Assembly (NCBI GenBank): GCA_050012475.1
Contig: JBEKHC010000001.1
Location: 1-64,000 of the forward strand
DNA: 64,000 nt
Direction: 5' to 3'
From: Candidatus Velthaea sp.
GTDB taxonomy: Bacteria; Vulcanimicrobiota; Vulcanimicrobiia; Vulcanimicrobiales; Vulcanimicrobiaceae
This document shows positions 29,129 through 36,914 of this stretch, in pieces. Position numbers and translations under genes: made by a program. The number at the start of each line of letters is the position of its first letter. The first letter of the stretch is position 1. The notes beneath the pieces were generated by a model. It did no database searches. It was given only the letters and a program-made list of their open reading frames with translations, and was not told where the DNA came from.

Positions 29129-31117
29129 ATGAGATTTCCCTCGGTACGATCGACCGTCGCCGGTGCCGCGTTTTGCGCCGCAGCGGGCTCGTTTGCGGCG
29201 CCGGCTTCCGCCGCGGCTCCGGCCGGCCTCGCGGCCGTGCCGTTCACGGCGATCGCCGGCAGCGCGAGGGTCCCAACCGGCGTGCCGACCGGGGCATTGA
29301 ATCGAGCGAAAATGTCGATCGAGGTCGTGCTCGCCCCGCGCAGCACAGCGCAGCTTTCCGCACTGCTTGCTAACGTCTCCAACCCGAACAGCGCAAACTA
29401 CAAGCATTGGCTGCAGAAGGGTCAATTCAAGACCTTGTTCGCTCCCAGTGCCGCTCAAATCGCGGCGGTCGCCGGTTATCTGCAAGCGGCCGGATTGACC
29501 GTTGGGCAGTCGTCGTCGCCGTTCTTGGTCCGAGCCAGCGGCTCGAGCAGCGCAGTCGCGGCCGCGTTCCGCACGAACCTTCGCACCTACCGCGACGCTC
29601 GCGGCGTCGCCTATTTCTCAAACGACTCGGCAGTGCAAGTGCCGGCAGCGTTTGCTGCCGGGGTGTACGGCGTGCTTGGACTTTCGAGCACCGCTCGCAA
29701 CCAACCGCAACTCGTGATGGCCGGGAGGCATTCCGCGTCACAGAGCACCAGCTGCGAAGCGCCGTATCCGACGGCCGCTCAGATCATTGGATTGTTCATC
29801 GATGGGATAAACGTTCCGTTTGGTTACGGCGGCGGCCCGGGGTGCACCGGACTTACACCGTCGCAGGTCAACTCGATCTACGGCGCGCCCAATGTGGGCC
29901 GACGCGGCAAGGGCGCGGGCGTCACGCTGGGGGTCTTCGAGCAGTCCGCTTATCAGCATTCGGATATCGCGACATGGGCGCACACCTTTTTGGGGCCGAA
30001 ATTTACGCCGCCGCTCGTCGACATCACCGTGGACGGCGGGCCGCTCGCCCCGGTCTGCCCGACGCTCGACCTTTGTCCGCCGCAATACAACGGGTATTGG
30101 GCGGACGCGGAAGTCGATCTCGATATCGAAGAGCAGCTTGCCGTTGCACCGGCGGCGAGCCACGTCCTCGTCTACAATGCGCCGACCGACATAACCGGTC
30201 AAACGACGTTGGATAATTACCTGCGAATCGCCGACGACGATCTTGCCGACGTCGTCAGTTCGAGCTACGGCAACTGCGAGAACGTACTGCCCCCCGCGCT
30301 GGTCCAGGCGGAAAACGTGTTCTTCGAGCAGATGGCCCTACAGGGGCAAAGCATGTTTGCCGCAGCGGGTGACAACGGGGCCTTCAGTTGTCTGGAAAAC
30401 AACGGCTCAACGATTCTCAATGCGCTCGACCCTTCGGCCCAACCGTGGGTAACGAGCGTGGGCGGGACGTCCTTGGAATCGTTCAATCCCGGCACCGCGC
30501 CGCATCCGGCCTACCCGGCGGGCGTCGAAACGGTCTGGAACCCCGGCGATCTTTGTAATTCCCGTGCAAATGAAGGCGGCGAGTCCGGGTTCTTCTGGTG
30601 CGTAGCCGTCGGTTCAGGCGGCGGCGGGAATAGCCAGTATTGGGCTCGTCCTTTCTTTCAGTTCGGCCCGGGAATCGCCAACCGGTATAGCACGCAGTGC
30701 GCGCTCGCCTCGGGCGCGGCGCCGTGCCGAGAAACACCCGACGTGTCCGCCAACGCCGACGCGTTTACGCCCTATGCCGTGTATTGCACGGGCTCAGCTG
30801 CCCTGCCGTTTAGTCAATGCGCGAGCTTCGGCGGCGGCGGCTGGCTTGCGGTCGGCGGCACCAGCGCCTCATCGCCGGTGTTGTCGGCGATCATCGCCGA
30901 CCGCGATGGTTTTCAGGCAACGAGGACCGGCCCCGCCAGCGCTCTGCTGTACTGGCTCTATAACTTCGATCCGCACGGATATTTCAACGACATCACCGGC
31001 ATCGGCCAAACCACGAACAACAATGGGTTTTTCCCGACCGTCCCCGGCTATGACTTAGCGACCGGCGTCGGTACGCCCAAAATGGCCCCGATCATTACCG
31101 GTTTCCCGCGCAAATAA
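29129..31117 (+). CDS. Secreted S53 (sedolisin-like) peptidase with prodomain
   Basis: Signal peptide, EVDLD (Glu/Asp), AAGDNG oxyanion Asp, GGTSASSP, FNDIT...GYDLATG; AAAGGA RBS. Confidence 0.92.
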   Translation: MRFPSVRSTVAGAAFCAAAGSFAAPASAAAPAGLAAVPFTAIAGSARVPTGVPTGALNRAKMSIEVVLAPRSTAQLSALLANVSNPNSANYKHWLQKGQFKTLFAPSAAQIAAVAGYLQAAGLTVGQSSSPFLVRASGSSSAVAAAFRTNLRTYRDARGVAYFSNDSAVQVPAAFAAGVYGVLGLSSTARNQPQLVMAGRHSASQSTSCEAPYPTAAQIIGLFIDGINVPFGYGGGPGCTGLTPSQVNSIYGAPNVGRRGKGAGVTLGVFEQSAYQHSDIATWAHTFLGPKFTPPLVDITVDGGPLAPVCPTLDLCPPQYNGYWADAEVDLDIEEQLAVAPAASHVLVYNAPTDITGQTTLDNYLRIADDDLADVVSSSYGNCENVLPPALVQAENVFFEQMALQGQSMFAAAGDNGAFSCLENNGSTILNALDPSAQPWVTSVGGTSLESFNPGTAPHPAYPAGVETVWNPGDLCNSRANEGGESGFFWCVAVGSGGGGNSQYWARPFFQFGPGIANRYSTQCALASGAAPCRETPDVSANADAFTPYAVYCTGSAALPFSQCASFGGGGWLAVGGTSASSPVLSAIIADRDGFQATRTGPASALLYWLYNFDPHGYFNDITGIGQTTNNNGFFPTVPGYDLATGVGTPKMAPIITGFPRK

Positions 31118-31156
31118 CGTAGGGCGCACGCGGATGCGGTCAAACACATCCGAGCC

Positions 31157-32521
31157 TTGAACGCCCAGGCCCGTCTCAGCCCGCCGCCCGGCCCGCAGGG
31201 CCTCGACGTGCTGCGCTTCTTCGGCGGCGGCTCGTTCGCCAAAACGCTCGCCTATTTTGAGGACGTGACGCGGACCTATGGGCCGATCGCTTCGTTTCGC
31301 GTGCTCGGCCGGCGGCTCCACTTGGTGACCGGGCCCGAACTCGTGCGCGAGGTGCTCGTCGTCCAGCAGGTTCGCTTCACCCGCGCGAACGGCGCCGCAG
31401 TGCTGCGCGATTTGCTTGGCAAGAGCATGCTCACGGTCGACGAACCGCGCCATCGGGAGCAGCGGCGCGTCTTGCAGCCGGCGTTTCACGCTGCGCGGAT
31501 CGCGAGTTACGGTGCAGCGATGCTCGACGAAACGTACCGCACCGTCGCGGCTTGGCAGCCCGGTGAGCCGATCGACGTCAACGCCGAGATGACGCAACTC
31601 GCGCTGGCGATCGTCGGGCGCGCGCTGTTCGGTGCCGACATGCGCGGCAATGCCGGCGCGCTCGAGGCGTCGCTTTCGCGCGCCATGCGGACGGTCTCGT
31701 GGCTCGGACCGATCCTCGAAGCGTTGCCGCAGCGGGCCAATCGGCTGCGCTTATCCCTGCCTCTGCCTGCGAATGCCCGGCTTGCGCAGGCTCGGCATGA
31801 CATGACCGAGGTGGTCGAGCGTCTCATCGCCGTGCGCCGCGCGAGCGGCGCGAAAGGCGAGGACCTTCTCTCGCTGTTATTGGAAGCGCGCGACGCCGAC
31901 GGCGAACCGCTGAGCCCGCAATTGGTCGCGGATGAACTCGTCACGTTGTTCCTTGCCGGTCACGAGACTACCGCGAACGCGCTTGCGTGGGCGTGGTACT
32001 TGCTCGCCCGTCATCCGGAGATCGAAGCGCGCCTCCACGCCGAAGTGGCCGGGGCGATCGGGGGTCGCGACAGCCTCACCGTCGAGGATCTGCCTCGTTT
32101 GCGGTATGCCGCGCACGTCTTTGCCGAGGTGTTGCGGCTCTATCCGCCGGCGTCGGCGTTCGGCCGGCGAGCGCTCGAAGCGTGCGCACTCGGCGGTTTC
32201 GCGATCCGTCCCGGCGACGGTATTCTGCTCAGTCCGTATGTCAGTCACCGCAACCCGGCCGTCTTCAGCGAACCCGAGGCATTTGTGCCCGATCGTTGGG
32301 CCGGTGCCGCGCCGCCGCCGTTCGCGTACTTTCCCTTCGGCGGCGGCGCGCGAACCTGCATCGGCGAAGCGTTCGCGCGCATGGAAGGCACGCTGGTGCT
32401 CAGTGCCGTCAGCGCGCGCTTTTCCTTGCAGGCAGCGACGGCGGAACCGATCGGCATCGCCGGCTACGCCACGTTGCGGCCCGGCCGTCCGATCGTGCTG
32501 TGTCCGCGGCGCCGCGCGTGA
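31157..32521 (+). CDS. Cytochrome P450
   Basis: [22 protein letters not shown] heme motif. Confidence 0.95.
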   Translation: MNAQARLSPPPGPQGLDVLRFFGGGSFAKTLAYFEDVTRTYGPIASFRVLGRRLHLVTGPELVREVLVVQQVRFTRANGAAVLRDLLGKSMLTVDEPRHREQRRVLQPAFHAARIASYGAAMLDETYRTVAAWQPGEPIDVNAEMTQLALAIVGRALFGADMRGNAGALEASLSRAMRTVSWLGPILEALPQRANRLRLSLPLPANARLAQARHDMTEVVERLIAVRRASGAKGEDLLSLLLEARDADGEPLSPQLVADELVTLFLAGHETTANALAWAWYLLARHPEIEARLHAEVAGAIGGRDSLTVEDLPRLRYAAHVFAEVLRLYPPASAFGRRALEACALGGFAIRPGDGILLSPYVSHRNPAVFSEPEAFVPDRWAGAAPPPFAYFPFGGGARTCIGEAFARMEGTLVLSAVSARFSLQAATAEPIGIAGYATLRPGRPIVLCPRRRA

Positions 32522-32543
32522 TTCGTGCTAAGAACGGGCCGCG

Positions 32544-34358
32544 TCAGGGATTCGAGGGTGTTTGCGGGTCGCCGGCCAGCGGAAGTTGGGGAAAGCCCAG
32601 AAAATTGCGCGCGTACGGCGTGCCGACGCCGATGATCGGATTATAACCGCGGGTCCCGGCGGGAACCGTGACGACGCCGTTGTTGCCGGGGATGCCCTGG
32701 TGGAAGAAGCGGAACGGAAAGTTTCGCGGCAGCGCGTCGTTCGCCGCCGCCAACTCGTAGATGTAGGCGTTGGCGTTGCCCATGCGGGTGCGCGTCGCAC
32801 CTATTTCGAGTGCCAGCAATCCGGCGAATTCCGGCGCGGACAGACTCGTCCCGATCGCCCCGGCAAAGGAGCCACCGAAGGCAACGATCGACGAACTATC
32901 GCCAACGTTGCACGAAAGCGCACCAAACGGACAGCCACCCATCTGCATCGAGATATCCGGCACGGTGCGTCGATTGGAATGTGTGTCGACCAGGAACTGG
33001 TACCACGGTTTGCGCCAGATCGCGCTCGCACCGCTGCCGGAGCCCCAATAACCGCCCGGCACGGCTGTCGGTATCGACGAATCCCCGATGGCTGGGGCGA
33101 GCGGATCGCCGAACGCGTTTTCCGCGACGTATTGCGAGCGCAGCGGTCTGCCTGGCGTGGCCGTCGTCGTTTGGAGATTGGTGCCGCCGACGGCTGTGAC
33201 GGCAGGGTCCGACGCCGGAAAGTTGACCGACGGAACGTATTGTGCGTTGGGATCGCCGTTGAAGAACGAGGGGCTCAGACATGCCAAACCGCCCGAATCC
33301 CCGGATGATGCGACGAACGAAATCCCTTGTGCGTTGCCCTGCTCGAAGATCTCATGGAAGGCCCGGAGGATATCGGTTTCGTCGCCGAAGTACGCCGCGG
33401 TATAGTACAGTTCGCAACTCTCGAACGAACTGCTCAACACGTCGACGTAATTCTCTTCGACGACGTCGATATAGGCGCCGATCGTCGAGTCGTCGCCGAG
33501 ATCCGGAATGTTGTAGAGCGAGATTTCAGCACCCGGCGCGCTCCCGATGGCCGTTTGCACGTCGACGCTGGCCTCGAATGACGTATTGCTCAGCGGATCG
33601 AACGGTGCGCCGCCGAAGAGCACGACCCGCCGCAGCGGTTTGAGCGCCTTGCCCGAGATCTGATGAAATCGTTCGTGGTCGAATATGGCCTGCGTGTCTG
33701 AATCGAGCACGTCCGACGCCATGAGAACGCCGATCTTCGCGCCTTTGCCGTCGAGGCTGCGATCCGAGGGGTACGTGTAGGCTTCCTTGAGATCGTCGAA
33801 CCAATATTCCCCGTAGGGCCCATTGCGGCTTTGCGGCGCGCGGTGCGCATCGACGTGAAAGTGAACGCGCGGCTCGAGCCCGGTCACCGCGGCACCCAGC
33901 GCAGTCAATTCCGGCGGCACGGTAAGCGGCACCATGCCGCCGACGTGCGGAACTCCGCGCGCGTCGCGCCTGATGCCGAGTTGGGTTTGAAAGGTCCGCT
34001 CAACCGCCGCGGCCGGCCCGCTCACTTCCAAGCTCAGCGAGGTCTGGCGAACCACCTGCAGACCCCGCGCGCGCAGCGCCGCAGCGGCGCGAGCGAACAT
34101 GGCGGGCGTGGGGCCGAATGCGGCGCGAAATTGCGCCACGCTCAGGAAGTGCCGATAGAGTGGAGAATGCGGATCGCCTTGCTCGCCGATGAGCGATTCG
34201 AGCTGAGCTTCGTCGCGCAACGGCAGGTGAACGCTGAACGTCACGCTCTGCGTCGCTTGGGGATGCTGCACCATGGGGACGGCGGTTGCGCTTGCCGGCA
34301 GCGTCGTGATGAAGAGCGTCGCGATCAGTGCGGCTGCGGCAACAAACGGCGTTCCCAT
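32544..34358 (-). CDS. Secreted S53 peptidase (paralog A)
   Basis: EASVD, SSGDSG, AVGGT, VPDIS, GTSLSAP; GAGG RBS before ATG 34358. Confidence 0.9.
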   Translation of the reverse strand: MGTPFVAAAALIATLFITTLPASATAVPMVQHPQATQSVTFSVHLPLRDEAQLESLIGEQGDPHSPLYRHFLSVAQFRAAFGPTPAMFARAAAALRARGLQVVRQTSLSLEVSGPAAAVERTFQTQLGIRRDARGVPHVGGMVPLTVPPELTALGAAVTGLEPRVHFHVDAHRAPQSRNGPYGEYWFDDLKEAYTYPSDRSLDGKGAKIGVLMASDVLDSDTQAIFDHERFHQISGKALKPLRRVVLFGGAPFDPLSNTSFEASVDVQTAIGSAPGAEISLYNIPDLGDDSTIGAYIDVVEENYVDVLSSSFESCELYYTAAYFGDETDILRAFHEIFEQGNAQGISFVASSGDSGGLACLSPSFFNGDPNAQYVPSVNFPASDPAVTAVGGTNLQTTTATPGRPLRSQYVAENAFGDPLAPAIGDSSIPTAVPGGYWGSGSGASAIWRKPWYQFLVDTHSNRRTVPDISMQMGGCPFGALSCNVGDSSSIVAFGGSFAGAIGTSLSAPEFAGLLALEIGATRTRMGNANAYIYELAAANDALPRNFPFRFFHQGIPGNNGVVTVPAGTRGYNPIIGVGTPYARNFLGFPQLPLAGDPQTPSNP

Positions 34359-34519
34359 GCAAGTGCCTCTCGACCGGCGGCGTGACGTGCGCAATCGAAT
34401 CCGCGCGCGCCGGCTACTTCAAGGCTTTGCCGCCGGCCCGCCCGCAAGCCTTGTCGAGCGCACGAGCTCGAACAAAGCTTTACAGCGCAAACGTGACAGC
34501 GCGCATTTCGAAACGAAAA

Positions 34520-34796
34520 ACGCGCCATCTCGGATTCGGGCTTCGCGTCTTGCGTCCTTGGCAAGCGAACCTAGCCTTCGGGTAGCAGCCTGTGCCGTGC
34601 CGGCACTCGGGGTTCCGGCACCAGTGGATTGCGCTACGCGCAATCCTTCGCGTTTGGGCTTATGGGTTCGTCTCGGCTTCGCTCGACGAAACCCCAATCC
34701 GGAGCGTGTGGGCGTACCGAGCGCAGCCGAGGGCGCCCATCCGAGCGAAGCCGAGGGCACCCATCCGGTCGTCGCTTGTCCGACAAGCCGGACAAA
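34520..34796. repeat. Structured intergenic element homologous to 17125-17430; includes a 24-bp tandem duplication (34717-34764)
   Basis: GGATTGCGC-TAC-GCGCAATCC TTC GCGTT motif. 34741-34773 matches 17233-17265 (reverse complement) at 28/33 nt. Confidence 0.75.
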
Positions 34797-34799
34797 CTG

Positions 34800-36641
34800 C
34801 TAAGGGTTCGAGATGGTCTGCGGATCGCCGGCGAGCGAAAACTGCGGGACGCCGATGAAGTTCTGCGCATACGGCGTTCCGACGCCGACGATCGGATTGT
34901 AACCGCGCGTGCCGGCCGGCACGTGAACGATGCCGTTGTAGCCCGGAATTCCCTGATGGTAGAAGTGCGTCGGGAAGCTGGGGGGAAGAGCATCGTTGGC
35001 TTGCGCGAGTTCGTAAATGTAGCCGTTCACGTTGCCCAGCCGCTGATGCGTCGCGCCGATCTTGACAGCGAGCAAACCGGCGAATTCGGGCGATGAAAGG
35101 CTCGTGCCGACCACCCCGGTAACGCTGCCGTCGAAATAGAATACTCCGTAACTGTCGCTCGAACGGCAACTGGCATCAAGCGAGATGTTCGGACAGCCGC
35201 CCATGTGCATCGAGATATCCGGCACGGCGCGGCGGGTCGTGCCGGTCTTGACCAGATACTGGTACCACGGCTTCTGCCAGTAGGCGCTGGTGCCGCTGCC
35301 CGAGCCAAAGTATCCGCCCGACACAATGGGACCCAGACCGAATGGATCGTATTTGACTTCCGCATTCGCGAATTCGGACTCCGCCACGTAGCGCGATCGC
35401 AAGATCGGAGGGTTCGGCTGCGGGCTCGGCGGCGTCGTTGTTTTGAGATTCGTGCCGCCGACGCCGGTGACGTCCGGGTCGCTGGCCGGCGTTTCGACAC
35501 CGGGGAGGAACGTGGCCGTCGGACCGCCGGTTAGGTACGAAACAGACACCGCGCCAAGCCCCGCGCTATCGCCTGACGATGCGAGAAAGGTGATGCCCTG
35601 GGCGTTACCCTGCTGGAAGAGTTGATGGTACACCTTCAGAATGCCGGAAACGTCGATCCCGCCGTTATATGGCGCCGTGTAATCCAACTCGAACTCCCCG
35701 AAGGACATGCTCAACACATCGACCGCATTGCTTTCGACGACTTGAACGAGACCGGCAATGATCGACGCATCGCTGAGATCCGGGATATTGTAGAGATCGA
35801 TCTGGGCGCCTGGCGCGCTACCCTGCGAAGACTGCACGTCGATGCTGGCTTCGAGTGAGCCGGTGCTGTTGGGGTCAAACGGTGCTCCGCCAAAAACCGG
35901 GAAGCGTTGCAAGGGCAGCGGTGTCTTGCCGGAAATCGCCGTGTACTTTTCTTGATCGAAGGTGGCCCGCGTATCGGAGTCGAGGACGTCGGAACTGATC
36001 AAAACGCCGACCGTCGCGCCTTTGCCGTCCAATGCCCGATCGGACGGGTAGGTGTAGGCCTGCTTGAGATCGTCGAACCAGTACGGTCCGACAGCCGAGT
36101 AGCGATTGAGCGGCACCGCTCGCGAGTCGACGTGCATGCGCACGCGCGAATCGAGGCCGGTGACGACGGCACCGAGCGCGGTCAATTCCGCCGGCATGCT
36201 CAGCGGCGCGACGCTGGCGACGCGCCGAAAACCGGCGGCATCCCGCACGATGCCCAACCGGGTGCCGAAGGTTTTTTCGACGTTCGCACTGGTGCCGCTC
36301 ACCCGCAAGCTCGCCGTGGTTTGACCGGCGATCGTCAGTCCGCGCGCGCGAAGCGCCGCAGCGGCCCGCGCTGCGGTCTGCGGCAACGGACCGAAACTGG
36401 CGCGAAATTGCGCGGGGCTGAGGAAGTGGTGGTAGAGCGGCGAGGTCCGGTCGCCCTGCAATTGGACGAGCTGTTCGAGCTGCGCTTCGTTGCGCAGCGG
36501 AAAGTGGACGCTGAAGCTCACGTTTTGCGCCGGGGCGGGAACGCCCACCACGGCTGTCTGCGCCGCCGATGTCAGCAGCGGTGCGGTCAACAACACAGCA
36601 CCGAACGCCGCTCCGCTGAGAAACGAGCTTGTCATCCCCAC
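34800..36641 (-). CDS. Secreted S53 peptidase (paralog B)
   Basis: EASID, SSGDSAG, GTSLSSP; close paralog of 32544-34358. Start 36641 or 36635. Confidence 0.9.
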   Translation of the reverse strand: MGMTSSFLSGAAFGAVLLTAPLLTSAAQTAVVGVPAPAQNVSFSVHFPLRNEAQLEQLVQLQGDRTSPLYHHFLSPAQFRASFGPLPQTAARAAAALRARGLTIAGQTTASLRVSGTSANVEKTFGTRLGIVRDAAGFRRVASVAPLSMPAELTALGAVVTGLDSRVRMHVDSRAVPLNRYSAVGPYWFDDLKQAYTYPSDRALDGKGATVGVLISSDVLDSDTRATFDQEKYTAISGKTPLPLQRFPVFGGAPFDPNSTGSLEASIDVQSSQGSAPGAQIDLYNIPDLSDASIIAGLVQVVESNAVDVLSMSFGEFELDYTAPYNGGIDVSGILKVYHQLFQQGNAQGITFLASSGDSAGLGAVSVSYLTGGPTATFLPGVETPASDPDVTGVGGTNLKTTTPPSPQPNPPILRSRYVAESEFANAEVKYDPFGLGPIVSGGYFGSGSGTSAYWQKPWYQYLVKTGTTRRAVPDISMHMGGCPNISLDASCRSSDSYGVFYFDGSVTGVVGTSLSSPEFAGLLAVKIGATHQRLGNVNGYIYELAQANDALPPSFPTHFYHQGIPGYNGIVHVPAGTRGYNPIVGVGTPYAQNFIGVPQFSLAGDPQTISNP

Positions 36642-36836
36642 TGCCTTTCAAAAGAACGAGACCAAACGCCCGACCGATCGACGACCGCGCGCGCTGGCGT
36701 CCCATTCGTTCTCGCCGCGCCGGCTTCCTAACCGAAATTTGGCTTTTTTGCGCTTTTGCTACTGCCGGCTCACGCGCGTCGTCCAGGCAAAATGGCATGC
36801 GCCGCACCGCCTCTCGTCCTTCGTCCGAGAGAAGCA

Positions 36837-36904
36837 ACCCCTGCCCGGGTCAGCCCGGGGACGGAGGAAACGCCACACCCGGCGGATCGCGGGATCCGCC
36901 GGAT
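36837..36904. repeat. Possible degenerate copy of the dispersed motif, or TBDR terminator
   Basis: On the minus strand: CCGGCGGATC-CCGC-GATCCGCCGG GT GTG GCGTT then a CCCGGG-CTGA-CCCGGG hairpin. Confidence 0.45.
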
Positions 36905-36914
36905 GGGCGTGCGT

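Noticed and set aside
31135..31161. MRSNTSEP micro-ORF before the P450 as a biarylitide-type RiPP precursor
   Set aside because: No aromatic residues (no MxYxH-like motif) and no convincing SD.
34717..34764. 24-bp direct repeat as a CRISPR array
   Set aside because: Only two adjacent units, no spacers and no cas genes; it is part of the structured element.
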